Notes: generated from the letters alone by a model not told the origin. Positions 1 to 9,886 are shown, numbered from the stretch's first letter. The stretch: DNA of 64,000 nt from Gemmatimonadales bacterium (GCA_041577295.1 JBFGJG010000007.1:32001-96000); one strand, 5' to 3'. Made by a program: numbers and translations.

Positions 1-888
1 GTGGCGGATCGGCTGGAGGAAGCGGTGCAGGCGCTCGCCGCCATCATCGCGTTGGAGGAGCGGGCCCCGAGCGATCACGTTCGCCGCTCGTACGGCATCG
101 AGCTGCGGCGATCGCTGACTCGTGGCATCCTGCAACGGGTCACAACGATGCTCGATGATTCACGCTTTGGTGACGCCGCATCCAAAGTGCTGCGGCGAGC
201 CGGTCCGGACGGCACTAAGGTGCTCGTCGACCAGATCAATTCGCTTCCCGCCATGGATGAGCGGCGTAACGCGTTCGCGTCGCTGCGACGCGTGAAGGAA
301 GGATACCACTTAATGGTATCGATGCTCCGACATCCGGATTGGTACGTGGTTCGCAATGGGGCGTGGTTGATTGGGGAGTTAGGGGTCGGCGAGGTGGTTC
401 GCGAGCTATCGATGGCGTTGGATCACAAAGATGGTCGGGTGCGCCAGGCGGCCGCGGTTGCGCTGGCCAAGGTGGGCACGGCCGAGGCGGCCGAGCACCT
501 CGCGGGGATCATTACCAGGGGCGACACCCGATTACGCTCGCTCGCCCTCGGCGCGATTGACGGTCCCAACAACGCGAGCCTCGTGCGTCCCCTGACGACA
601 ATGCTCGAGCAGGAGAAGGACATGGTCATGGCCGGCGAGTACGTCCGTGCTCTCGGCCGCATCGGGACACCCGACGCTATCCGAGCCCTGCTCCAGACGG
701 CCCGGTCGGGCAGGTGGTTCGTGGGCCGAAAACCCAAACCCATACGCCTTGCCGCAATCGACGCGCTGCGCGAACTTGGTGGCCCCACGGCGATTGGAAC
801 CCTCGAGGAACTGGTACGGGATCGTGACCGGGATGTGCAAGAAGCTGCGCGAACCGCCTTAGCGGAGATTCGGGGGTCTGAGGAATAG
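1..888 (+). CDS. HEAT-repeat (PBS lyase-like) protein, probably 5'-truncated by the window edge
   Basis: Repeated HEAT units (WYVVRNGAWLIGEL, DGRVRQAAAVALAKVG, ALGRIGTPDA, IRLAAIDAL, DRDVQEAA). Colinear with the C-terminal half of the next gene. Confidence 0.85.
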   Translation: MADRLEEAVQALAAIIALEERAPSDHVRRSYGIELRRSLTRGILQRVTTMLDDSRFGDAASKVLRRAGPDGTKVLVDQINSLPAMDERRNAFASLRRVKEGYHLMVSMLRHPDWYVVRNGAWLIGELGVGEVVRELSMALDHKDGRVRQAAAVALAKVGTAEAAEHLAGIITRGDTRLRSLALGAIDGPNNASLVRPLTTMLEQEKDMVMAGEYVRALGRIGTPDAIRALLQTARSGRWFVGRKPKPIRLAAIDALRELGGPTAIGTLEELVRDRDRDVQEAARTALAEIRGSEE

Positions 889-951
889 TGAGCCGGGGAG
901 GGGAACATCGGTTTGCTGCGCCGCCCGGCCGGTCATAATTTACCTTGATCC

Positions 952-2640
952 ATGCGTTTCGAAAACAAACTCGCGGTCCTGCTCGGCCGCAGTGTCGACA
1001 TGCTGCGGCGCTCTCCAGATGCCGTCGATGATCACAAAGCCGCTCTCAAGTCGCTCGTCGAGCTAACAGCAGAGCGTAGCACCACCGTTCGGCTGCGGTA
1101 TGGGAGCACGCTAACCATCGAGGGTGTCGCGGTCCCCCCCGAGACACCGTTTGCCTCAGTCTTTTCGGCCCAGATGCGAGCCCACGGCATCGCGGCCATT
1201 TTCATCGCACACAAGGCGGCCGCCCTCGATCTGCTCACCATGCTGATCGCGCTCGCGCGTCCCGCTGAAGAGCTCAGCGATGCAGGGGGTGTGGCCGGAA
1301 CCCTGCGCGACGCGAATATCCTCACCATCGCCGTCGTCACCGCGGAGGAGGCTCGCAAAGGGCGCGGGTCGGTCCCGGCGGCCAGGGTCACCGACGCCTT
1401 GCGGGCGGCTGGGGTATTGGATGAGCTGGACGAGATGGGACAGCAACAGGCGCCGGCGGCGACTCCTCCGCCTGCGCCCGAGCCGGCCGCCCCGGAACCC
1501 TTGCTCCCCGAACCAGCCGCTCCCGCCGTCACTGGGCCGAGACGCTCCTCGGGTGGCGAAGTGATTCTCGCCGACGATGGCGCCCCGTTTCCGGCAATGT
1601 TCCCAAGCGAAGGACCGACCCCTGAGGAGCCGACGGAAGCAGAGGACATCGAGATCCCACGCCCGGAGGGTGTCCCGGAGGACGAGGACATCATGCGGCA
1701 GCTCAACGAGACAGCCAAGGCGATTGTCGTCATGGTGGAGCGGGGGGAGATTCGGGAAGCCCTGGAGCAAGCGAAAGAGCTACTGCAGGCGTGGGAGACC
1801 GCGCCCGATGAAGACACCCATCGGGCCTACACCATCGCGTTGCAGCGGGCTTCCACGCATGAGGCGGTGCAACGGTTCGCCGGCCTCTTGGTGGACGAGC
1901 TGTACACCGACGATGTTGTCCGTTTCTTGGAGTTCGTGGGCAAGAGAGGCACACAGGTTGTGCTGGACAAGTTGGTCGAGGCGCCGACCTACGCCGAACG
2001 ACGGGCGTACATGCGAGCCCTCAAGCGGATGAACACCGGGGTCGACGTCATCATTAGCATGTTTTCTCACCACAAGTGGTATGTGGTGCGGAACCTTGCC
2101 GATCTCGTGGGCGACCTCCGCGTCGGGGAAGCGGTGCCGGCCCTAGGGAAGGCAGCTGGCCACGATGATGCCCGCGTACGGCGCTCGGCTGGTGTCGCCT
2201 TGGCGCGCATCGGGACGACGGCGGCTGCTCCTTTCTTGCGAGCGCTGATCCGAGATCCGGATCCCGATGTCCGCCACGGTGTGGCGCAAGAGATTGCTGG
2301 CCGCGGCATGACCGCGCTCGTCATGCCGTTGGTCGCTGCTGCGGAGAATGAAGAGGATACCACGATCCTTTGTGAGTACTACCGGGCGATGGGACGGATC
2401 GGGACGCCGGAAGCGCTCCAGGTGCTCACCAAAGTTGCGGAGACGGGGGGCTCGCTCTTCAAGCGGAAGCCCATCGCCCCACGCCTCGCAGCCATTGAAG
2501 CCTTGGGTCTCGCCGGTCCTTCAGCACCTCGATCTGTCTTGTTGCGCCTCTCTGAGGATCGCGACAAGCAAGTGCGCGATGCCGCGCAGGAGGCCCTCGT
2601 CCGGTCGGAGACCGCCCCTCCTCCAGTCAACGAGGAGTAA
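952..2640 (+). CDS. HEAT-repeat protein with N-terminal domain and Pro/Glu-rich linker
   Basis: 562-aa ORF; PPPAPEPAAPEP linker; C-terminal HEAT units (WYVVRNLADLVG, DARVRRSAGVALARIG, DPDVRHGVA, DKQVRDAA). Confidence 0.88.
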   Translation: MRFENKLAVLLGRSVDMLRRSPDAVDDHKAALKSLVELTAERSTTVRLRYGSTLTIEGVAVPPETPFASVFSAQMRAHGIAAIFIAHKAAALDLLTMLIALARPAEELSDAGGVAGTLRDANILTIAVVTAEEARKGRGSVPAARVTDALRAAGVLDELDEMGQQQAPAATPPPAPEPAAPEPLLPEPAAPAVTGPRRSSGGEVILADDGAPFPAMFPSEGPTPEEPTEAEDIEIPRPEGVPEDEDIMRQLNETAKAIVVMVERGEIREALEQAKELLQAWETAPDEDTHRAYTIALQRASTHEAVQRFAGLLVDELYTDDVVRFLEFVGKRGTQVVLDKLVEAPTYAERRAYMRALKRMNTGVDVIISMFSHHKWYVVRNLADLVGDLRVGEAVPALGKAAGHDDARVRRSAGVALARIGTTAAAPFLRALIRDPDPDVRHGVAQEIAGRGMTALVMPLVAAAENEEDTTILCEYYRAMGRIGTPEALQVLTKVAETGGSLFKRKPIAPRLAAIEALGLAGPSAPRSVLLRLSEDRDKQVRDAAQEALVRSETAPPPVNEE

Positions 2641-3694
2641 AATCGGTTTTCGGTGTAACCCGCCGCGCAAACGCTGCCAAGAGCTTGGCTGCTCGCTCGA
2701 GATCTCGCAGATCGACCATTTCGTTGGGGCTGTGCATATACCGATTGGGAACCGAGACGAGTCCGGTGGCGATCCCTTGCCGGACGGTGTAGATGGCGTC
2801 GGCGTCGGTACCTGTATCGCGAGGTGCGGCCTGTAACGAATACGGGATCTTCGCCGCGTCCGCCGTTTTCATCAGAAGCTCCACGACCATGGGGTTCACG
2901 GCGGACCCGCGCGATAGAACGGGACCACGACCCAGTCGCGTATCGCCGTGCTTCGTCTTATCGCCCCCGGGGTGGTCGGTGGCGTGCGTGACATCCACGA
3001 CGACTGCCACATCCGGCTCGATCCCGGTTGCGCTCGTGCGCGCCCCACCTCCACTCCACCCGATCTCCTCTTGCGTGGTCGCGACGGCGAAGACGGCGGC
3101 CTTCGGCTTTCGCCCTGCGAGAAGCCGCAGCGCTTCGCCGACGACAAACGCGCCGATCCGATTGTCTATGCTGCGGGACACGAGGCGTCCGCCAGGCATC
3201 TCAACGGCAGAGCAGGCAAGCACCGCCGGATCTCCGATGCGGACTTTTTGTAGCGCGTCCTTTTGATTCTTCGCACCGACGTCGATCCATAGGTCCGTGG
3301 TCTTCACCACCTTGTCCCGATCATCGGTGGACATGAGATGAATCGGTTTGCGACCGATGACGCCACTCACGGGACCGTTTTTCGTGACGATGGCGACGCG
3401 TTGGCCCACGAGGACCTGGGCGTCCCAGCCGCCGATGGTTGAAAAGTACAGGTAGCCGTCGCTATCCACGTGGTGGATCATCAGCCCGATCTCGTCGATG
3501 TGTCCGGCGAACATGACCCGGGGTGCTCCCTCAGGGTTCACTGCCGCGATGGAGTTTCCGGACACATCCGTGGTCACCAGGTCGGCAAATTTCTCCACCT
3601 CCTCCCTCCAGACGCGTGCGGGAAGAGTCTCGAAGCCCGAGGGGCCGGGAGAGTCGAGGAGCCGTTTCAGGAACCGCAAAGAGGACGTTTTCAT
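2627..3694 (-). CDS. M42 family metallo-aminopeptidase
   Basis: Motifs PGPSGFE, AGHIDEIG, SIDNRIG, TQEEIG, DVTHA, RYMHSPNE. Start reassigned to ATG 3694 (MKTSSLRFL); the longer track ORF is antisense to the OPT gene. Confidence 0.92.
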   Translation of the reverse strand: MKTSSLRFLKRLLDSPGPSGFETLPARVWREEVEKFADLVTTDVSGNSIAAVNPEGAPRVMFAGHIDEIGLMIHHVDSDGYLYFSTIGGWDAQVLVGQRVAIVTKNGPVSGVIGRKPIHLMSTDDRDKVVKTTDLWIDVGAKNQKDALQKVRIGDPAVLACSAVEMPGGRLVSRSIDNRIGAFVVGEALRLLAGRKPKAAVFAVATTQEEIGWSGGGARTSATGIEPDVAVVVDVTHATDHPGGDKTKHGDTRLGRGPVLSRGSAVNPMVVELLMKTADAAKIPYSLQAAPRDTGTDADAIYTVRQGIATGLVSVPNRYMHSPNEMVDLRDLERAAKLLAAFARRVTPKTDFTPR

Positions 3695-3817
3695 GGTGCC
3701 GTAAGATATAGCCATGCCCAAACCTGCTTGACAGTCGTGAAGGGCGGCCGGACATTCCGTCCGGTTGTCGTCCCACCGAGGCCGTACGACGCGCGTCTCT
3801 AGCATCGAGGGAAACGA

Positions 3818-5890
3818 ATGAGTGCTCACTCGTCGGCAGCGGCGCAGCCCGCGCGCCCACAGTCTGATGCCCCGTACATTCCGGCGTCGCAATCGCTGCC
3901 AGAAATCACCCTCAAGGCAGTGGTGCTCGGGTTCATCCTCTCGGCGGTCCTCGCCGGAGCAAATGCTTACCTGGGTCTCAAGGTTGGCCTGACGGTTTCG
4001 GCTTCGATTCCAGCAGCGGTAATCTCGATGGCGGTGCTCCAATTCTTTCGAGAGCACAACATCCTCGAAAACAACATCGTGCAGACGGCCGCGTCGGCGG
4101 GTGAATCCCTCGCAGCGGGGGTGATCTTCACCCTGCCCGCGCTGATCATGTTGCAGTATTGGCAGAAGTTTGAGTTTCTGCCGACGTTGGCCATTGCAAC
4201 GTGCGGTGGTGTACTGGGTGTTCTGTTTACGATACCGTTGCGCCGCGCGCTCATTATCGAGGCCAATCTGCAGTTCCCAGAGGGCGTGGCCACGGGCGAG
4301 GTGCTGAAGGCCGGCACGGAAGGCGGCCGGGGTGCGCGGCTCATTGCGATGGCCGGTGTCGCCGGAGCGTTCCTCAAGCTCTGTCAATCGGGCTTCAAGA
4401 TAGTGGCAGGAAAGTCATCGGGAGCGTTCACCGCCGGCAACGGTGCGATCTTCGGATATGGAAGCGAGTTAGGAGTCGCTCTGCTCGGCGTGGGCTACAT
4501 CGTGGGCATCAACATCGCCATCCTCGTGTTTGCTGGTGGGCTGATCTCCTGGCTGTTTGGTATTCCTATTTTTACAGCGACTGCCAGCCCCGCCGAGCTA
4601 CAAGCGATCGTTGGTGACGCGCACGGATATGAAGCGGCCGAGCAGGTGTGGAGCCAGCGTATCCGGTTCATGGGTGTCGGAGCCATGGCAACGGGTGGTC
4701 TGTGGGCACTGTTGTCGCTGATCGGTCCGATACGCGACGGGGTCCGGTCGTCGTTTCAAGCCATGCGGGATGCCCGGTCTGGACATGCAACCGCCATCGA
4801 GCGTACCGAGCGGGACACCCCGATCAATTTCGTGATGATCGGGACGGTGGCGCTCGCGGTTCCCATTTTCATCGTCTTCCTCTTCGTCGTGGACCAGGGC
4901 GCGCTCGCGATCTCGTCGGGGTTGTACGGTGGAATCGTTCTCTTGGGGGTGGTCTTCGCGTTGGTCGCAGGTTTTCTCTTCGCGTCGGTCGCCGGGTACA
5001 TGGCGGGTCTGGTCGGATCGTCCAACAACCCAATCTCTGGCGTGACGATTGCCACGATTCTCACGATTTCACTGGTCCTCCTATGGCTGCTGGGTGGGCA
5101 GATCGACTTCACGGTCGACGCGGCGAAAGCCACCACCGCAGCGGCAACCGCGATTCTGGTCGGAGCAATCGTCGCGTGCGCTGCGGCGATCGCCGGCGAC
5201 AACATGCAAGATCTCAAGGCTGGTCGGATCGTCGGGGCCACGCCATACAAGCAACAGATCATGCAGATGGTGGGCGTGATCGCTGGTGCGTTGGTCATCG
5301 CGCCTGTATTGCAGCTCTTGTTTCAGGCGTACGGGTTGGGCGACGTCTTTCCTCGGTTGGGAATGGACCCCGGCGAAGCCCTGAAGGCGCCGCAGGCCAC
5401 GCTGATGAGCTCGGTGGCCAACGGTGTGTTCACCCGCAACCTCCCGTGGACGATGATTTGGATTGGGGCGGTCGTTGCGGTGGCGATCATCGTGCTCGAT
5501 CAGATCCTCAAGAGTCGCAGGAGCACGTTTCGCACACCCGTACTGGCGGTGGCGGTGGGGATCTACCTTCCGTTGGAGCTGACCACACCGATCTTCATCG
5601 GCGGCCTGGTTGCCGCGATCGCGATCCGAACGCTGAAGAGCCGTGGTGCGTCGAGTGCTCAGGTCACGGGGGCCAACCAAGCGGGATTGCTGTTCGCTTC
5701 TGGGCTGATCACGGGCGAAGCCCTCGTCGGGATCCTTCTGGCTATCCCCTTCGCCGCTGCCCAAAGCACGGACGTGCTGCGGATTGCGCCTCCGGGCTTC
5801 GAGACCGTGGCCAATATCCTGGGTGTGCTGGGGTTGACGCTGTTCGTCATGTGGTTGTTCAGGGTGGCGACGCGTACGGAGCAGCAGTGA
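3818..5890 (+). CDS. OPT family oligopeptide transporter
   Basis: ANAYLGLKVGLTVSASIPAAVIS, ENNIVQT, FPEGVAT, GSSNNPISG, DNMQDLKAG, APQATLM motifs; many TM segments. Confidence 0.95.
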   Translation: MSAHSSAAAQPARPQSDAPYIPASQSLPEITLKAVVLGFILSAVLAGANAYLGLKVGLTVSASIPAAVISMAVLQFFREHNILENNIVQTAASAGESLAAGVIFTLPALIMLQYWQKFEFLPTLAIATCGGVLGVLFTIPLRRALIIEANLQFPEGVATGEVLKAGTEGGRGARLIAMAGVAGAFLKLCQSGFKIVAGKSSGAFTAGNGAIFGYGSELGVALLGVGYIVGINIAILVFAGGLISWLFGIPIFTATASPAELQAIVGDAHGYEAAEQVWSQRIRFMGVGAMATGGLWALLSLIGPIRDGVRSSFQAMRDARSGHATAIERTERDTPINFVMIGTVALAVPIFIVFLFVVDQGALAISSGLYGGIVLLGVVFALVAGFLFASVAGYMAGLVGSSNNPISGVTIATILTISLVLLWLLGGQIDFTVDAAKATTAAATAILVGAIVACAAAIAGDNMQDLKAGRIVGATPYKQQIMQMVGVIAGALVIAPVLQLLFQAYGLGDVFPRLGMDPGEALKAPQATLMSSVANGVFTRNLPWTMIWIGAVVAVAIIVLDQILKSRRSTFRTPVLAVAVGIYLPLELTTPIFIGGLVAAIAIRTLKSRGASSAQVTGANQAGLLFASGLITGEALVGILLAIPFAAAQSTDVLRIAPPGFETVANILGVLGLTLFVMWLFRVATRTEQQ

Positions 5891-5896
5891 ATTGCA

Positions 5897-5917
5897 GTGA
5901 GGAGTGAGCGGTGAGCA
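5897..5917 (+). repeat. Degenerate heptamer tandem (GTGAGGA GTGAGCG GTGAGCA)
   Basis: Three 7-nt units just after the OPT stop; same unit as 31984-32119. Confidence 0.65.
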
Positions 5918-5920
5918 TTG

Positions 5921-5947
5921 AAGCGCCCGCCATCTGGCGGGCGCTTT
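5921..5947. terminator. Intrinsic terminator-like hairpin between convergent genes
   Basis: AAGCGCCCGCCA-TC-TGGCGGGCGCTT inverted repeat with short T/A tails. Confidence 0.75.
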
Positions 5948-5950
5948 GCT

Positions 5951-7300
5951 TCAAGGAGGGCTTGATTCGGTTCGCAGCGTGATGAGCAGGGTCTGACCGC
6001 TCCAGGCGGCCTCCCCGTGGCGGAAGACACCGGAGATTCCCGGGCCCGTCAACCTGATGACCGAGTCGGTGGTCAGCTCCGGGCGTTCTGGGAGCCCACT
6101 CACCAATATCTGACGGATTCCGTTGAAGAGTGGATGGCCACCGGCCGCTTCGGTGAGCGCTGTGCGGCCGTCCACTTCAAATGTCCCGTTGACGTTGCCG
6201 AGCTTGATCCAGCGAGCGTGCACCACTTCGCCACGACCGACCACATGCACGTTTGAGGGATCGAACCCCTGGGGAAAGAGTGGCTCGGCCGGATCAGCTC
6301 GTACGCTGACCGACCAACCATCCCGATGCACCGCGCTGTCCCGCAGGCCCGCCAGGCGCACCTGCAGCGCGTTTACAGCGGCCCGGGCCGCCCGTGCCGC
6401 GGCCTGGCGATCCTCGTTGCCAAAGTCACAGCTGGGATGTGGTGCCTTCTCCAGTTCGTGCTGTAAGGCCTCATCGAGCGAAAGCGTATCCCTTTCTTCG
6501 AGCGCCTGCTGCCACCCATCTGAGACGCGATCGAGCAACATGGCCAGCGCCGCTCCCGTTTCGTACGCACGTTCTCGGACGGCATCAGCCGCAAACACGC
6601 TACCGGCGAGGATGTCGTCTCCACCTTCGCCGAGCGCTCGAAGCTGGAGCGCGGTAGCGAGACCCTCCAAAATCTCAGAGCCCCGCTCGTATCCAATCGC
6701 GTGTGTCGGGAGGCGAGCGAAGCGCCGTGAACGACTGTCGAGTGCAGCCTGCGCCCAGCACACCATCGTGCGCCGGTTGGGAGCGTCCAGTGCGCGGCGG
6801 AGCGCCACAGTTTCGAGCTCCCGCAGCGTGAGCGTTTCGACATCATCATGCGGATAGGTGAACAGATCGACCTCGTTGCCTCCCCAGGCGGGATGACGCT
6901 GGCGCTGAAACACGTGAAAGGTCTCGTGCACCAGCACGGAGGCCCAACCCTCAGCGGATCCGGTGTCCGCCGTCAGCAAGAGCGTTGCCGTCGGCACACC
7001 TGCGAACTCGACGCTCGTGTTGGCACGCACCAAATCGTGCTTTCCCAGCATGACCAGTGCTTTGCCGACCGCGGGGCGGAACTCGGCCGGTGGTTGAGGG
7101 TGCCGAAAGAGCCAGGTCCGGTGACCATCATGGATGAGAAGTGGAATCGATGTCGGTGTGAATCCCGGCCACAGCGGCTGTTGCGTCAGGCGGTCAAACG
7201 CCTCGACGACGGCCGGGGCAGTGAGTAGTTGCTGGGCGGCGACGCTCTCGAAAGAGCTATTCAGCACTAGAGCTGTGAGGATAACCGCCGGTGTGCGCAT
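5951..7300 (-). CDS. Secreted hypothetical protein with gluzincin-like HExxH motif
   Basis: Signal-peptide-like N-terminus; LVHETFHVFQ with a downstream EILEGLA. Confidence 0.75.
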   Translation of the reverse strand: MRTPAVILTALVLNSSFESVAAQQLLTAPAVVEAFDRLTQQPLWPGFTPTSIPLLIHDGHRTWLFRHPQPPAEFRPAVGKALVMLGKHDLVRANTSVEFAGVPTATLLLTADTGSAEGWASVLVHETFHVFQRQRHPAWGGNEVDLFTYPHDDVETLTLRELETVALRRALDAPNRRTMVCWAQAALDSRSRRFARLPTHAIGYERGSEILEGLATALQLRALGEGGDDILAGSVFAADAVRERAYETGAALAMLLDRVSDGWQQALEERDTLSLDEALQHELEKAPHPSCDFGNEDRQAAARAARAAVNALQVRLAGLRDSAVHRDGWSVSVRADPAEPLFPQGFDPSNVHVVGRGEVVHARWIKLGNVNGTFEVDGRTALTEAAGGHPLFNGIRQILVSGLPERPELTTDSVIRLTGPGISGVFRHGEAAWSGQTLLITLRTESSPP

Positions 7301-7500
7301 GAACGCATGATCAGTTAGCAGTGGGCTGTACGCATGAACCCGCTTTCCTCAGACGATGCTCGAGCGAATGGGAGAGTCGCAACCGCCGCTCCGCCACTGC
7401 CAGAGCCCCGACGATTCGTCCACGGGGCCGACGCGGCGCTCTCCCAGGCCGGGCACCGGCGCCACTGACGCCCGCTTCGGCGCCCCACGCGACGATCCAC

Positions 7501-7536
7501 TACTCCCTACTCCCTACTCTCCCCTCACCGCCTCCC
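7501..7536 (-). repeat. Degenerate heptamer tandem overlapping the cbiX-like stop
   Basis: Minus strand GGGAGGC GGTGAGG GGAGAGT AGGGAGT AGGGAGT; contains the TAG at 7514-7516. Confidence 0.65.
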
Positions 7537-7891
7537 GGCATCGCTCCCAGATGATCTCGGCGATCTTCTGGTGGGCGCCGAGCGGCGCAGTCACCGTGTG
7601 TCGCACGCCGGGGTGCGATTGCGCGGCCTCGGCAGCGAGCCTCGGCACGTCGACCGTGGCGTGTTGGCCCGGCGCAAGCATGAGCGGTTGGACAACGATC
7701 TCTCGAGCGCCGGCGGCGACCAACCGAGCGAAACCTTCCGCGATGGTTGGCTCGGCGAATTCCATGTGGGCGAATTCCACCAGCGTTTCTGGCGGAGCCA
7801 TGCGCTTGACGATACCGACGAGCTCACGCACGGTCACGTCCGCTCCGGGCCGTCGACTCCCGTGATCGACGATGAGAATCGCGGTCGTCAC
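7514..7891 (-). CDS. cbiX: Short CbiX/SirB-type sirohydrochlorin chelatase
   Basis: ILIVDHGSRR, AHMEFAEPTI, PLMLAPGQHATVDVP, PLGAH motifs. GTG start at 7891 overlaps the ctaG stop (GTGA). Confidence 0.85.
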   Translation of the reverse strand: MTTAILIVDHGSRRPGADVTVRELVGIVKRMAPPETLVEFAHMEFAEPTIAEGFARLVAAGAREIVVQPLMLAPGQHATVDVPRLAAEAAQSHPGVRHTVTAPLGAHQKIAEIIWERCREAVRGE

Positions 7892-8742
7892 AGGCGAGGT
7901 GTGGTTGCGGGGATCGCAAGGGCGCCCGAATCCGCGTCGCCTTCGCGATGATGCCACTTGAAGAACAGCACACTCGCTGTGACAAAGATGATCATGCCCC
8001 CGACAATCTTCATGGTGAGCCCGGCGATCTGCTGGTCGGTCGTCGCAGAGATGCCGCCAACGCGGGGAGCGAGCTCGTACAGGGCGTAGATGGGGTAATC
8101 TGAAAACGTCAGGAACGATGCAGGTACCGTTGGAATGAACACGTTGAGCACCAAGTAGAGAATTCGCGCGGGGTAGGAAAGCGAGCCGAGTTCTGGCAGG
8201 GGTGCCAGCACCGGCCACCAGAACACGATTCCTGAACCGAGCCAAGCCATATCTCTGACAAACGAGCCGAGCTGGGTGGCGCCCAGCGTATCTACGACCA
8301 CCGGCAAGTGCGTCCCGAGCATCACCACATTGAACACGACAAACGCCGGTAGCGGTCGCGTCAACACTCGCGCAGCAGCCCAGACCGAACGCGAGCCAAG
8401 CACACGACGAAGCACACTTTGGGGAGTCCCGGCAATGAGGAGCGGTGGCGCGATCAGGGCGAAGAGGAGGTACTGCACGGTGTGTACGCTTACCAGATAG
8501 CCGGCGCCGAGCGCTCCCACGGGCCAGTCAGCGGCCACCCAAAGCGTCAAGACACCTGAGAGGAATAGCGCAATGTGGCGGCGTCCCAGTCCTTGTGCCT
8601 CCCTGGCGATCGGGTCGGTCCCCCAACGCGCATTTGCCACGATCCAGCCTGCTAGCACCAGCAGAACAAACAACCACACTCCTGGATATGGCTGCCAGGT
8701 CCAATCCCACGGCCTTCCTTGTGCCGCGCACCACCAGTTCAT
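7888..8742 (-). CDS. ctaG: Cytochrome c oxidase assembly factor, caa3-type CtaG family
   Basis: Multi-TM protein; SVHTVQYLLFALIAPPLLIAG, HLP, FWWPVL, DQQIAGLTMK motifs. Confidence 0.88.
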   Translation of the reverse strand: MNWWCAAQGRPWDWTWQPYPGVWLFVLLVLAGWIVANARWGTDPIAREAQGLGRRHIALFLSGVLTLWVAADWPVGALGAGYLVSVHTVQYLLFALIAPPLLIAGTPQSVLRRVLGSRSVWAAARVLTRPLPAFVVFNVVMLGTHLPVVVDTLGATQLGSFVRDMAWLGSGIVFWWPVLAPLPELGSLSYPARILYLVLNVFIPTVPASFLTFSDYPIYALYELAPRVGGISATTDQQIAGLTMKIVGGMIIFVTASVLFFKWHHREGDADSGALAIPATTPRL

Positions 8743-8809
8743 TTGCTCGGTTCCGTTCGCGTTTTTGCGGGTGCTTGGGAAGGAAGTTCGCTCGGCACCG
8801 CAAGCCAGA

Positions 8810-9886
8810 CTAGTAGGTGGCCCAGTTGTCTACCCAGGCGTTGTTGATCGGCGTGAAGCCGTTGAGCGCACGCAATGCGTCTGCAACGTGGCAGGAGTCA
8901 TACCATATGCGTATAGTGGTCGCGCCGATGTCACCTCGTGGTGGATTGGGGCTCGTGAGCTCGTCGAGCCCACTCACGACGATTCCACGGATGAAGTTCG
9001 TGTTGGCGCTGAACCGAATCTCGCCTCCCACCAGAATGATTCCGTGCCAATTGACCGATGCTCCTTGCAGGATCAGATCGCCGGTGACGATCAACAGTCC
9101 TGACCCCCACGTGTTGGTCAGGACGAGGTTTCCCATAATCAGTTGTGATGTCCAGTTCCAATTCCCGAGGTTGGGGCTGGTGTATTCGGGTTCGAAGCCA
9201 CCACTCTCGATCATCGCCCAATCGATCGCGGTTTCGGACGCAACCGCTGTCCCACTGCCAGCTTCCCAGACACTTTGGGTGTCCGGTGGAGGTGAGGCAG
9301 GGGTAATCCCTCGAATGTCGGAATCGGGGATTGGGTCGGGTAGCGGGCCGAACGGCGCTCGAAGTCCCCACTTGGCTGGGCCCGGCGTCGCACACTGATC
9401 CAGTCCCCAAATCTCGATGAAGCCGTTTGGGATCTTTCGGACCCCGTTGGCGGCGGTGAACACTGCTCGCAGGGAGTCAACGGTCGCGGTTTGCCATTGC
9501 GCGAACTGCGCCACGCGCCTGATCGCCTGAGGCTCCGATCCTTCCGTGGGCTCGATGACCCTGCCCGTCGATCGCACGATGTACATCTGATTGGCGAGCG
9601 AATCGGCTGGTCGTTGCATGACGTGCGCGATCACGTCGGCGTAACCGCCCGTCACGTTGATACGTAGCGAGTCTCCATCGACCGGCCGAACGCCCACCGA
9701 GTCGTAATGCGCGAAGTAGCGTTGCAGCCCGCTGTGAGCGATTGCGAGCGCATCAACCGTGGCGCCACTGCTTTCTGCGAGCTTTCGATCCGTAGACACG
9801 CGAACGAAGATCGCGGCCAACATGATCGTCACCAGTGTGACGATGAAGATCGTGATCGGCAGCGCGAAACCCCGGTCGTTGCGCAA
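8810..9886 (-). CDS. PilX-like minor type IV pilin
   Basis: Class III signal RG|FALPITIFIV lacking Glu5 (typical of PilX/GspK); last gene of the pilin cluster. Confidence 0.8.
   Translation of the reverse strand: MRNDRGFALPITIFIVTLVTIMLAAIFVRVSTDRKLAESSGATVDALAIAHSGLQRYFAHYDSVGVRPVDGDSLRINVTGGYADVIAHVMQRPADSLANQMYIVRSTGRVIEPTEGSEPQAIRRVAQFAQWQTATVDSLRAVFTAANGVRKIPNGFIEIWGLDQCATPGPAKWGLRAPFGPLPDPIPDSDIRGITPASPPPDTQSVWEAGSGTAVASETAIDWAMIESGGFEPEYTSPNLGNWNWTSQLIMGNLVLTNTWGSGLLIVTGDLILQGASVNWHGIILVGGEIRFSANTNFIRGIVVSGLDELTSPNPPRGDIGATTIRIWYDSCHVADALRALNGFTPINNAWVDNWATY

Noticed and set aside
3695..4387. N-terminal extension of the M42 peptidase ORF
   Set aside because: Antisense to the OPT gene; family similarity begins at ATG 3694.
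7369..7446. Possible tRNA-Sec or SRP RNA
   Set aside because: No UCA anticodon loop, no T-loop, and no SRP GGAA/AGCAG motif.
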